From an uncultured virus (IMG/VR IMGVR_UViG_3300032291_001634) (Duplodnaviria; Heunggongvirae; Uroviricota; Caudoviricetes), in IMG/VR virus record IMGVR_UViG_3300032291_001634: DNA of 64,000 bases; one strand, written 5' to 3'. The position numbers and the translations under genes were made by a program. The notes below the pieces were generated by a model that was not told where the DNA came from, did not search any database, and saw only the letters and a list, made by a program, of their open reading frames with translations. This document shows positions 8,499-17,568 of this stretch, one piece after another (position 1 is the first letter of the stretch; the number at the start of each line of letters is the position of its first letter).

Positions 8499-9048
8499 AG
8501 GAGAAATACACACTCCAGGTAGCAATGATATGGACGCTATCCTTAAATGGGCAAGTGATATAGCTCGTCAGCTAGACAACAAGCGCCTGTTCAAACAGGC
8601 TCTTGAAGGCTGGCAGATTCTTATGAATCTAACAGAACTTGACCCACAAAACAACTATCGTAAGCCTGCAGGGTGGTCCAGCCACCCTGCAGTCAAGATG
8701 TGGCGTGGCTCAGAGTTAATATTATACTTCTATATTCAAGCAATGATTAATGAATGGAGGGCTCGTGGATTTAAAACAACACTTGCTGGTAAAGTATTAC
8801 AAACAATCATAAAAGCAAAAGAAGATGGTAAAGCAGGTAACCTTATTCCCGCATGGATGCGTGACCAAGAGTTATTTGATGCGATGGCATCCAGTCATCG
8901 TAAAGCGTTATTATCTAAGCACTACGAACACTACAATCAATTCAACTGGGAAGAAGACAGGGGCTATGCGCCTGAGTCTTATGACTATGTATGGCCAATA
9001 AAAGGAGGAAAAGATGTCAATGACCAAAGAACTGAGGTCTTTGCTTGA
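8464..9048 (+). CDS. pyrimidine-dimer DNA glycosylase/endonuclease V-like protein (MSMEG_6728 family)
   Basis: MQTFLP start with SD GAGGAG; LDNKRLFKQALE..Q, HPAVKMWRG, SHRKALL.K. Confidence 0.82.
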   Translation: MQTFLPISTTVKGEIHTPGSNDMDAILKWASDIARQLDNKRLFKQALEGWQILMNLTELDPQNNYRKPAGWSSHPAVKMWRGSELILYFYIQAMINEWRARGFKTTLAGKVLQTIIKAKEDGKAGNLIPAWMRDQELFDAMASSHRKALLSKHYEHYNQFNWEEDRGYAPESYDYVWPIKGGKDVNDQRTEVFA

Positions 9049-9235
9049 GCTAGCAACTCAGCAAGGATGGAAAGTAGAACAACGAAACACCAATCACTAC
9101 AAACTAGTAGCACCAAATGGTAAAGTAGTGTTCACTTCATCCACACCATCAGACAGGCGTGCAATAGAAAATATTAAACGTGACTTACGTTCTGGTGGAT
9201 TGGTAATAATAAGGAAAAATGAAAGGCGCAAATAA
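9014..9235 (+). CDS. HicA-like mRNA interferase (dsRBD-like fold)
   Basis: QQGWKVEQRNTNHYKL..PNG...TPSD.R. Confidence 0.75.
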   Translation: MSMTKELRSLLELATQQGWKVEQRNTNHYKLVAPNGKVVFTSSTPSDRRAIENIKRDLRSGGLVIIRKNERRK

Positions 9236-9453
9236 TGGATATGGAACAAGCTGCATGTAAAGAGGCAGATGCTGACCTATTCTTCCCTGAAGGTAAGGAT
9301 AAACGTGAGCAAGAGTACAAGGCTAAAAAAATCTGTGCTTCATGCCCTATAGTCACAGACTGTCTACAGTTTGCTATAGACAATGACCAACTAGGTATAT
9401 GGGGTGGCACTACAGAAGATGAACGTAGACACATCAATGTAACCCTTAGGTAA
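9235..9453 (+). CDS. whiB: WhiB-family Fe-S transcription regulator
   Basis: four Cys (AAC, CASC, DCL), LFFP, GIWGGTTEDER. Confidence 0.93.
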   Translation: MDMEQAACKEADADLFFPEGKDKREQEYKAKKICASCPIVTDCLQFAIDNDQLGIWGGTTEDERRHINVTLR

Positions 9454-9457
9454 TAAG

Positions 9458-9500
9458 AAACCCCTGCCTGGCAATTAGCTGGGCAGGGGTTTTATTATTT
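9458..9500. terminator. intrinsic terminator between the convergent transcription blocks
   Basis: AAACCCCTGCCTGGC-aatta-GCTGGGCAGGGGTTT followed by a T-rich tract. Confidence 0.85.
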
Positions 9501-9503
9501 AAG

Positions 9504-9680
9504 TTACTTCTTCTTAGCTGGAGCCTTAGCTGGTGTTACTACAACCTTAGTGGTTGCCTTCTTCTTAGGCTTGATAGCAGCGATGTCAGCTTTTAGTTGC
9601 TGAAGGTCATCTGCATGAGCCTGCAATAGAAGAAACAGGGTGTCCAGGTCCTTAAGTACTTGCCTCATTTTTTTAAACAT
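9504..9680 (-). CDS. 58 aa protein with Lys/Ala/Pro tail (not in ORF track)
   Basis: SD AAGGAG; MFKKMRQVLKDLD...PAKAPAKKK. Confidence 0.7.
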   Translation of the reverse strand: MFKKMRQVLKDLDTLFLLLQAHADDLQQLKADIAAIKPKKKATTKVVVTPAKAPAKKK

Positions 9681-9684
9681 TGTA

Positions 9685-11727
9685 TTACTCCTTGTTGTTT
9701 TCTGTTATTAGTTTTACTTCACATGAGTCGGTGGTGCAGTAAGCCTCACCAACAGCATCTGCTGCCATACCAGCATACACCCCAGTAAAGTCAATTGCAA
9801 ATAGTTGCATTGCATACTCGGCGTACTCCTCCTCAGTTATCTGAGTATATGGCATCTGTGGGTACACATGGTTACCCATAGGGAGGAAGCTTACAGTCTT
9901 TAGCTGGCCATCGTACATATGTAGTACGGTGCCAACATCATCCTTTTCTTTTTCAGCGTCAAACGTTATAGTCACAGAGACAGAGTTGTCTGACCACCAA
10001 CGTTGTGCAGTAGCTGCTAGATTTATCTTTTCATATATAGACACTTCCTTTTCACCACGCTTAGCGTCAGTCTTGATAGGGAAGAATACTACCGATGTAG
10101 TGTCTGGTGATTCAGAGGCTGGTTCAATACGATAGTTAGCCATCTTAAACAAAGGCAACATAGGGTCATTGTTTGCAAAGCGAATAGCACGTAAGAAGAA
10201 CTTACCACCACTAGGCCAGTGAACTCCTGGAGACTCTCCAGCTAAGATAGACACAGTACCTGACGGCTTTACAGTAGTCATCTTAATAGACTCACGAATA
10301 CCTAGCCACTCACTATATGAAGTGTCGTAGTCACGTACAGTCTTATAGCCTTCATCCATCCACTCACGTAGAGCCTGCATACCTTTATTGTCTGCAAAGT
10401 TAGCAACACCAGAGACAGAAGTACCAATACGACGGTTCCTCTGCATGATGGCATTAGTCTCTTCCCAGTGTGTAGGTAGTAGTGTAACAGTCTTGGCATA
10501 CAAGTAAGCAAACTTCAACGTACGCTTGAAATCCTCAAGGGATTCGTGGCGATTCAAGTAAGTCTCAACCAGTGTACACATCTCAAAACTTTCAAGGCTC
10601 TGCTCTGCACAAGGGTTGTAGCCAACTACACGCCTGTCTTTATTATTAGGAGCGTCTACTAGACGGCCATATTTACGAGAGACATCCATCCATACAACAC
10701 CAGGCTCACCATTGCGAACAATACCATCGACAATAGGGCTGAAGTCTGTCCCAACACAAACATCCACAGAGTTGTTAGACATCCATGCCCAGCCAGGAGT
10801 CTCAGGGTCATATGAATTACGCTGAGGGAAACGGTCTGCATTCTTTAGGTTTAGGAAATCTTCGTCATCAATACGACCAATTAACAACTCAGCTGAACGA
10901 CGTACGTTACCCGAAACTACACAAACACCAATCATATTACCAATATCGGCAATATCAACGCGTGTCAACTTCTCGCCCTTACGGCCATCAAACATCTTCT
11001 TAATGTTCTCATGTAATTTAATCAACGGTTCCGGACCTGACGCTGTTCCTCCAAATGTCTTAATAACTGTTCCATATGGCCTAATATCATCATAATTGAA
11101 TTCGTATAATGGCTGTTCTGGCTTCAAATATGAATTAATCAATGCTGTTGTTGATTCTGCCCAACCTTCGCGGGTATCCGGAATCCTGTACTCTTGAACA
11201 ATTACTGGCTCGTATATATCAAACCCTTTATCAGCGCCTTTATCATCAAATCCTACACCCACGCCCAACATACTTGCTTCCATGAGGAATGCAAACGGTT
11301 TGCCTGGATTGTTTTTGGTCATTTCATTGGTGCTGACAAACGCGCAATTCTGCAATGCTGCCGAATTCTTCTGCTCATTTACAATATCAGTACCCATTAC
11401 CCACAACCCACGCCCTGGCGGTGTCCACTTCAAATTAAACAAACGGTCATATGCTTCTTTTGCTGATGCGGCGGCTTTTGCGTCGCTCCATGGCAAACGG
11501 TTCTGCTTTGCGTGGTCTTTCTGTAATGAATACATGCCGTTAATAACACGCTCACATACTTCTGCCCATGTTTCTTTGGTGCCATCTTCCTTTTTACGGG
11601 AATATGTGCGTAGGAATGTAATCTCTCCTACTGAGTTTCCGGCGACATCTGCGTAACCGAATGGTGCTTTCTTGTTCTTGTACCCCGCAATAAACTCTTC
11701 TGCTAATTTAAATGAAAAACTTGTCAT
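9685..11727 (-). CDS. nrdJ: class II adenosylcobalamin-dependent ribonucleotide reductase (RTPR type)
   Basis: RTYSR, PPGRGLW, LQNC, GNVRRSAE, NPCAEQ, VKPSGT, C-terminal CTTDSC. Confidence 0.95.
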   Translation of the reverse strand: MTSFSFKLAEEFIAGYKNKKAPFGYADVAGNSVGEITFLRTYSRKKEDGTKETWAEVCERVINGMYSLQKDHAKQNRLPWSDAKAAASAKEAYDRLFNLKWTPPGRGLWVMGTDIVNEQKNSAALQNCAFVSTNEMTKNNPGKPFAFLMEASMLGVGVGFDDKGADKGFDIYEPVIVQEYRIPDTREGWAESTTALINSYLKPEQPLYEFNYDDIRPYGTVIKTFGGTASGPEPLIKLHENIKKMFDGRKGEKLTRVDIADIGNMIGVCVVSGNVRRSAELLIGRIDDEDFLNLKNADRFPQRNSYDPETPGWAWMSNNSVDVCVGTDFSPIVDGIVRNGEPGVVWMDVSRKYGRLVDAPNNKDRRVVGYNPCAEQSLESFEMCTLVETYLNRHESLEDFKRTLKFAYLYAKTVTLLPTHWEETNAIMQRNRRIGTSVSGVANFADNKGMQALREWMDEGYKTVRDYDTSYSEWLGIRESIKMTTVKPSGTVSILAGESPGVHWPSGGKFFLRAIRFANNDPMLPLFKMANYRIEPASESPDTTSVVFFPIKTDAKRGEKEVSIYEKINLAATAQRWWSDNSVSVTITFDAEKEKDDVGTVLHMYDGQLKTVSFLPMGNHVYPQMPYTQITEEEYAEYAMQLFAIDFTGVYAGMAADAVGEAYCTTDSCEVKLITENNKE

Positions 11728-11773
11728 ATTATTTCCTATATCTTCGTGTTGGATTTCTAGTATCTCAGGTATT

Positions 11774-11802
11774 ACACTAATACCCTTCTACTAACTTGTC
11801 AA
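11774..11802 (-). promoter_or_regulatory. SigA/sigma70-type promoter of nrdJ
   Basis: TTGACA-N17-TAGTGT; the -10 lies inside the inverted repeat GGTATTA-N3-TAATACC. Confidence 0.7.
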
Positions 11803-11857
11803 ATAAAATGTCGACTATATCGATTCATATGTCTGATATTACTGTTATCAGATAACT

Positions 11858-13327
11858 CTATTCGAGGGCATCCCGTATAATGTGGGTGGTTTGGTCTTCA
11901 GATAATGGCTTATCTAGGTTGCGTAATACGGATGCGCGGTCACCAAAAATACGCGATAACGCGCCTCCCTCTGTCTGACGACTTGCAGTAATCTGAATGA
12001 ACTCTTTATTAGTTTCCAGCTCTTTCATACTACCTACTAATTTAAACAAACGGTCTATCTCTTGTGACACGTTTGGGTCTGCGTATCCGCCGTTCATTTC
12101 TTCTGCGAACCGCATGAATGCTACTCTCTGGCCCTGCATTTCAACGATTGCGGTTAATAATGACTTCAACTGTTCTTTGGTCTTAACCTCTACTGGCAGA
12201 TTAAATGCACACGTATTTGCTGGCTTAAATGCTGGGCAATTGGCTGCAACAAAACAGGTGTCACACTGACGTAAACTGCTGTTGTTTGACTGAACAACTG
12301 GTACTTCTCTTAATACTTCATGGCCGTCTATATTGTCTACAATTGACTTCATTTGATATCCAAAAACAGGCATTGGAACTACCTCATTTGGGTCTCTTTG
12401 CACTACTTCTGTGCGTTCAAGTTTCCGCTCTTCACCATCACTGTTATTAGATGACCCCACCCCTAATTCCATCAAACCACTGTATAGGGTATCATCACTA
12501 TTATCAGATACTATACGCTTTTTATTATTATCCATTGTCTTCTCTAACTGTAAATACGACCAGATTGCAACTTTTGTTGCTTCCAGGGTCTCATCTTCTA
12601 CGAACTTTTTGAAATCTAACCCAGCTTTTTCAACAACTGATTTGTACCTTAAACGGGCCTGTGCCTTCATATTTTTAGGATAACGTATTAGTTTAGTATT
12701 ATCCCATATAATGGTCTCACCGCGCCTCATAGGGCTTATCCAGGCCAATGTAGAGGCATAGTCAAACGGTATCTGACGTAGATTATCTGGTTTGGCTGTG
12801 GCTAATGCCATAAACTGTGCTGAACTGTTTACTTTTATGGAACGAACGATTGCTGCCAGGGATGTTAATGACTCAACTGCATCTCCTGGAATTGCAATAT
12901 TAGCATACTCTGACCCCCAACGTGTTAACAAATTCTGACCATAAATCTCATGCCAAACAACCCACATCTTAGGGTCATTTTCAAATGCATCACGCTGTTC
13001 TAGAATCCAGTTGAACCCCATAACCTGTGAGTCAAACTCAATCCAACCTTCAATACGGTCGTAATTCATCGCAATAAACTCTTCGTAATCTGCTGCATAC
13101 TCCTCTAACTCCATCTTGGATAGGTTAGCTTTGTCTGCTTGTGTGGCCCCTGCGTCTACCCATACTTTCATATTAGGTAGGAAATGCTCCCCAATTAAAT
13201 ACGGTTTAGTCTTTGGTAGGCCACGCTTCCTCAACCCCCAGTAATTTAGGATTACGTGTTCTACTCCGCTGCGTTCTAGTAATGTACGATTGCTTGGAAT
13301 CTCTACCCCGCCAAATATTATCTTCAT
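11858..13327 (-). CDS. divergent TGT/DpdA-like TIM-barrel protein with C-terminal Cx2Cx5Cx8C domain
   Basis: motif order VWVDAGA, YEEFI, EFD, VVWH, NIAIPG, KPDNLRQIPF..STLAW..MRRG parallels DpdA/TGT-like proteins; CDTCFVAANCPAFKPANTC. Confidence 0.55.
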   Translation of the reverse strand: MKIIFGGVEIPSNRTLLERSGVEHVILNYWGLRKRGLPKTKPYLIGEHFLPNMKVWVDAGATQADKANLSKMELEEYAADYEEFIAMNYDRIEGWIEFDSQVMGFNWILEQRDAFENDPKMWVVWHEIYGQNLLTRWGSEYANIAIPGDAVESLTSLAAIVRSIKVNSSAQFMALATAKPDNLRQIPFDYASTLAWISPMRRGETIIWDNTKLIRYPKNMKAQARLRYKSVVEKAGLDFKKFVEDETLEATKVAIWSYLQLEKTMDNNKKRIVSDNSDDTLYSGLMELGVGSSNNSDGEERKLERTEVVQRDPNEVVPMPVFGYQMKSIVDNIDGHEVLREVPVVQSNNSSLRQCDTCFVAANCPAFKPANTCAFNLPVEVKTKEQLKSLLTAIVEMQGQRVAFMRFAEEMNGGYADPNVSQEIDRLFKLVGSMKELETNKEFIQITASRQTEGGALSRIFGDRASVLRNLDKPLSEDQTTHIIRDALE

Positions 13328-13809
13328 TCGAAATTCAAACCCTCTGTGCGATTTAACCTGGCATCTTTTGTGCGTAACTCGTTTTGCTTATTTATTGACT
13401 CTTCAATATCATTCCATGCCCTAACTGCTTTAGGTGCATCTGGACGAAACTCTACGCGGGTATAGCTTGGCACTGCAAACATAACGCTTGGAATGCCCAT
13501 ATTAAATGCATATGCCCACGCTTTTGGATTGTTTGTTATAAACAAATCTATTGCACCCTTTGCCCTGGCAACGTTAATTTGACGTTCTGCTAAATCTTCG
13601 CCCTCTAGGTGAACTGATGAGTCAATCAGGTTATCAAAATCAACAATCTTATTGGTATCTAGCCAATGTTGTATTTCAGGTTTAGGTGCGGCACCCATTA
13701 ATGTTACTTGGTTCCAACTGCTCAGTGTTCCCACCATAATAACTCCCGTGGCTATCGGGACGTCATTGGTACCCCTTAGTACTCCGTCTAGTTCTACTAA
13801 TATATGCAT
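13324..13809 (-). CDS. HAD-superfamily-like protein (atypical ExD motif I)
   Basis: MHILVELDGVL, LFITNNP; TAATG-coupled start, SD GAGG. Confidence 0.65.
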   Translation of the reverse strand: MHILVELDGVLRGTNDVPIATGVIMVGTLSSWNQVTLMGAAPKPEIQHWLDTNKIVDFDNLIDSSVHLEGEDLAERQINVARAKGAIDLFITNNPKAWAYAFNMGIPSVMFAVPSYTRVEFRPDAPKAVRAWNDIEESINKQNELRTKDARLNRTEGLNFE

Positions 13810-13919
13810 TAATCGTCCTCGTAAGTTTCTCCATAACAATCACACTTGCAGTTGTCTTCGGTACAAATTCCTTGGTATAACTCATGTGCGCATAAACGGC
13901 ACGTGTCTGCTAGTGACAT
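13809..13919 (-). CDS. 36 aa Cys-rich protein (not in ORF track)
   Basis: MSLADTCRLCAHELYQGICTEDNCKCDCYGETYEDD; TAATG at both ends. Confidence 0.7.
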   Translation of the reverse strand: MSLADTCRLCAHELYQGICTEDNCKCDCYGETYEDD

Positions 13920-14800
13920 TACTTATTCCTGTATACTGCTGCTCTGCGAATCAATGTTCGTGCGTCTGGTAGTTCTACCCCATATGGGTTATTGCTTTGT
14001 AGCGTGGTCATCATATGCTCCCTAACTTTTCTTAGGGATTCAATTGCACCACTACGCTTACCTGCTTGCCAACGGTAATTGTGGAAATCACCATAGCCTT
14101 CTCCGTCTCCGGAAAATGCCATGGACCTGTTGCTATGAATCTCATTATATAGGGCATTACCCTGTGCTGCTGCCATTGTTACGTTGTTTTCTGCATTACG
14201 TCTTATTGCATCATTTCGGGAATACTTAACATCTTGCATAGATGTTGTAAATTTAGTTTCAATACTTGAGGCTGTGCTCAAATCATTATCAGCAATGCTA
14301 TCCCACTCTGGATTGGATGGTGGTGCCTGGTTTGGGTCTGGTGTAACTACCCATTCACCGTACTTTAAATCGTATGCTGCATATGGTTTAATATCTCTAA
14401 TATCATCTGTGGCTAATGCGTAAAAGGTTAGCTCATACCCATTCCAGTTTTCAGTTGTACGCTGCAATTCATCGTGAAACTGCTCGTTTAACTGGTCGGA
14501 AATTTCTCTATTTGATAATCCCGCATAATCAATATTAGCTTTACGGAACTGTACAAAATTAATTCCAATTAGACAATCTAAGTCTTTAGGTTCTCTGGCG
14601 GCGTTCCATTGATAAGAAACTCCGGAACCAGCTAAGTATGGGTGTGTCCACAACTGTGCTTGCTGGTACTTACGGCCAATAAAATCATTTAATATGCTTA
14701 TGATACCAGAACGCACCCACGACTTTATTGACCGTCCACTAAATAATGTTGGGTCTAACTCGGTCGCAGGTGCGCTGAAATATGAGGTAGGATTGTTCAT
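13919..14800 (-). CDS. Pol-beta superfamily nucleotidyltransferase
   Basis: YLAGSGVSYQW...KDLDCLI (GS + DxD), ELTFY, AYDL..GEW. Confidence 0.78.
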   Translation of the reverse strand: MNNPTSYFSAPATELDPTLFSGRSIKSWVRSGIISILNDFIGRKYQQAQLWTHPYLAGSGVSYQWNAAREPKDLDCLIGINFVQFRKANIDYAGLSNREISDQLNEQFHDELQRTTENWNGYELTFYALATDDIRDIKPYAAYDLKYGEWVVTPDPNQAPPSNPEWDSIADNDLSTASSIETKFTTSMQDVKYSRNDAIRRNAENNVTMAAAQGNALYNEIHSNRSMAFSGDGEGYGDFHNYRWQAGKRSGAIESLRKVREHMMTTLQSNNPYGVELPDARTLIRRAAVYRNK

Positions 14801-14809
14801 ATACCTAGT

Positions 14810-15118
14810 TTATGCTGTTACTTCAGGGCTTTCTGGCTTAATCTTACGTTCTGCAAGTTTTTCGCTAATTACCTCAGATACTGTTGGCTCTGATGGTGGT
14901 GTTAGCAACTGTACAATAGTTGTTGCTAGACGTTCTACCAAACGCTGGTCATCTACTTCTTTAATTAGTATATGTGCCCACTGGTACACATCTGATACTG
15001 ACGCATCAACCTGAGTTTCTGGTGCATCTTCTGGCTTCTTTAGGTCGACAGAAAATGTGTCATCCTGATAGATGTTAACTACGAATTGTGATTTTACTTC
15101 TTTAGTTGTTTGTTCCAT
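14810..15118 (-). CDS. hypothetical protein
   Basis: ORF in operon. Confidence 0.7.
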   Translation of the reverse strand: MEQTTKEVKSQFVVNIYQDDTFSVDLKKPEDAPETQVDASVSDVYQWAHILIKEVDDQRLVERLATTIVQLLTPPSEPTVSEVISEKLAERKIKPESPEVTA

Positions 15119-15128
15119 TTTATTCTTT

Positions 15129-15680
15129 CTAATATAGTCCAAGGATTTGGCGTTTACGTTCTAACACTTTACCATGATACGGGCAGAAATGGCAAGTGTA
15201 TACTTGGGGGCCTTCCAGATGTTCTGGCTTAGGCATACCCAATTCTTTGCGCTCCATTGCTGTGTCTGGCAACAACCGCTTTTTAGGTGTTTCATAATCT
15301 TCACAGTTAGTTGTGACTTTATTATGTGCTATCCAGCATTTCATGGCTTCATCAGCAAATGTCATTTTAGTTTCATAAAATGTTTTATTAGGGTCTAGTT
15401 CATCTAGGCCTTTTGAACCACCATCTGCTAGTTGTGCTAGGATAGCTTTCTTTTCTTCTGCATTTGCCCATGATTTGACTGGAACTTTAAACAGCTTACC
15501 TACGTGTGGGTCACCGGATGGAAACTTGTGTTTTTCTATTGAAATCTCTAATAGGTAATCAAAATTAGATGGTCCCTCGTAGTCTGGGAGCTCTTCCCAG
15601 GTTTCACACACCATACAACGTAATAGGCGAATGATTGGTCCATCAATCGGCTTTGACCCAATTACAGGTTTATTTGACAT
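15129..15680 (-). CDS. Cys/His-containing hypothetical protein
   Basis: CMVC, CW..H, C, CHFCP; SD AAGGAG. Confidence 0.8.
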   Translation of the reverse strand: MSNKPVIGSKPIDGPIIRLLRCMVCETWEELPDYEGPSNFDYLLEISIEKHKFPSGDPHVGKLFKVPVKSWANAEEKKAILAQLADGGSKGLDELDPNKTFYETKMTFADEAMKCWIAHNKVTTNCEDYETPKKRLLPDTAMERKELGMPKPEHLEGPQVYTCHFCPYHGKVLERKRQILGLY

Positions 15681-15846
15681 TATTCTCCTTAGGTTCCATA
15701 TAGTAACCCGGCCCCATTGAAGGCATGGCTATATGGCCGTTACTACGCACATACACGTATGCACCTACATGTGGGTTTTCGTACTCAGGGTTAACTTCCC
15801 AATCATATGGGAGTTGTTTTAACTCATCTGGAATATTTGGTTCCAT
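15670..15846 (-). CDS. hypothetical 58 aa protein (not in ORF track)
   Basis: SD TAAGGAG; MEPNIPDELKQLPYDW... Confidence 0.6.
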   Translation of the reverse strand: MEPNIPDELKQLPYDWEVNPEYENPHVGAYVYVRSNGHIAMPSMGPGYYMEPKENNVK

Positions 15847-15873
15847 TTTATGCTCCTTATATTTATTACTTTT

Positions 15874-15901
15874 ATACTACTACATATTTTTATTTATGCA
15901 A
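15874..15901 (-). promoter_or_regulatory. possible SigA-type promoter
   Basis: TTGCAT-N16-TAGTAT in an AT-rich intergenic gap. Confidence 0.4.
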
Positions 15902-15907
15902 CTAAAA

Positions 15908-17335
15908 CTACAATAAATATGGCTTGTTAGCTTCGCTTACTAGCTTTGCCTTTTTTCTTAATAACTCAGACGGCTTAGGGATGTAGGCTACAATTCCATC
16001 TTTAACTGCTTTTTGGTATGCCCGTTCTTTTTGAGGACCAATAACAAAATGGTCTTCAAATAATTTATGAATTGAATTTGGGTCACTTTTGAGTTTTGCC
16101 ATAGTACCTTCAACATCTCCACCTCTACTAGAGTTAATTGCTTCTGGTAGAGTTTTTCTAGCCCAATTATAACTGTCAGTTGTTCCTGAAATAGAGTACC
16201 TAGATGGTGCGGCACTAGAACCAGTTATTCTTTTAGCATCTTTTTGGCCATACTTGGCGTACAGTGCACTATGGTGCAACTCTAGTGCACTGTATTGTTT
16301 CTCGACTGGCTTGGCATTTGTATTAATTACTTCTTGAGTTTCTGGGTGAGTGTAGAATGTTCCTGGGTGCTGTGTCTCACCGGTTTTAAGTAGTCCAGCT
16401 ACTCCATTATTATTGCTTCTAACATATTGTGAAGTGTGCTTAGTATACGCTGATATGTGTTCGCCATCAACCATGTGGCCCAAACCTCCAGGTACTGGAC
16501 GGTATTCATCAGCTGTAATATTAGATTCATTAGGTGCAAAAGATTTAGTTTTATCTGTGTAAGCTAGTTCAGGTGCTCCTGGAGCAACCTTTACTGGCGT
16601 TACTGTAACGGTTCCATCTGACTTAATGTCTAAAGCATTTCTGTGCGGTAATGCACGGTCTCTTCCTAGTCTAGGCCTTACAACTTGTCTCCAGTTTTCT
16701 TGCTGAGCAGCCAAATTAAAAGGCCTGCTAGCTGGACTGCTAGTTGAACTTTCCTTAGATACAGGAGTTTGGTTATTTCTTACTTGTTCTTCTTTACGAT
16801 ATTCTTCTCGCTGTGATTCTTCTCTTGCTTTCATGCTTTCATAATTAGCTCTAGCTGATGCCCATTCACTTTGCGGAGTAGACGCTCTGAGAAGTGTGGT
16901 ACCTCCTATAGTAACTCTTTGTTCAGGAGGATATTTTGTATCCATTTGTTTTTGGTAGGCTGCAACACGGGCTCGTCTTTCAGCCATTTCTGGATTAATA
17001 GAACCGGTGTTTGAAATTTTACTTGCAAACGAATATTTTCTAGCTAAATCAGTAGGTGTAAAGTTTATATTTGCAGGTTTTGATTCAATTTCTTCGGTTG
17101 CTGACTTTTGTGTAGTACCTAATGGCTTCCAGCCTTCTGGTAAGGATGATTGGCGTGATTGAGATTCGCTTAATGCTTTACGTAAATTATCTGCATTATC
17201 TTCATTGTCCATGATAGGGGCGACAAGGGGCTGGTTTTTAGTTCCAGTTCTTGGTCCACGAGTCTTTTTCTCCGCAGGAGCATTGGAAAATTTTACTGCC
17301 GGAGCTTTACCTTTTGCAGGTTTCTTTGCAGCCAT
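15908..17335 (-). CDS. large basic low-complexity protein
   Basis: 475 aa, MAAKKPAK start, Ala/Lys/Pro/Ser-rich. Confidence 0.8.
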   Translation of the reverse strand: MAAKKPAKGKAPAVKFSNAPAEKKTRGPRTGTKNQPLVAPIMDNEDNADNLRKALSESQSRQSSLPEGWKPLGTTQKSATEEIESKPANINFTPTDLARKYSFASKISNTGSINPEMAERRARVAAYQKQMDTKYPPEQRVTIGGTTLLRASTPQSEWASARANYESMKAREESQREEYRKEEQVRNNQTPVSKESSTSSPASRPFNLAAQQENWRQVVRPRLGRDRALPHRNALDIKSDGTVTVTPVKVAPGAPELAYTDKTKSFAPNESNITADEYRPVPGGLGHMVDGEHISAYTKHTSQYVRSNNNGVAGLLKTGETQHPGTFYTHPETQEVINTNAKPVEKQYSALELHHSALYAKYGQKDAKRITGSSAAPSRYSISGTTDSYNWARKTLPEAINSSRGGDVEGTMAKLKSDPNSIHKLFEDHFVIGPQKERAYQKAVKDGIVAYIPKPSELLRKKAKLVSEANKPYLL

Positions 17336-17355
17336 TATAATACTTTCTTTATTAA

Positions 17356-17568
17356 CTACTTACCAGGGTTTACTTTAGATGACGCTGGGGCCTCTGAAGT
17401 AGCAAACCCGTATCCGAAGAATGGGTGTAGTGTTTGACGGTTGTCTAGAGTCTTCTCGTGACCATCGTGGTCCATAACCTCAGTGTCAGGGCGAACCTTA
17501 CGGTACTTACCATCAGTTGCACCTTCGTCTAGGCTTGCGTTCATTGAACGGCTAGTATTTACGGCCAT
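17356..17568 (-). CDS. hypothetical protein
   Basis: SD AAGGA; MAVNTSRSMN. Confidence 0.75.
   Translation of the reverse strand: MAVNTSRSMNASLDEGATDGKYRKVRPDTEVMDHDGHEKTLDNRQTLHPFFGYGFATSEAPASSKVNPGK

Noticed and set aside
9685..11727. Intein or intron in nrdJ (polA, dnaB and recA also checked)
   Set aside because: The ORFs are continuous, of normal length and lack splice motifs
11728..11857. Cobalamin riboswitch or NrdR box upstream of nrdJ
   Set aside because: The predicted leader is only about 40 nt and no consensus match is visible
10900..14800. Apparent shift in codon style suggesting a mosaic boundary within nrdJ
   Set aside because: Impression only; cannot be supported without computed composition or comparative alignment
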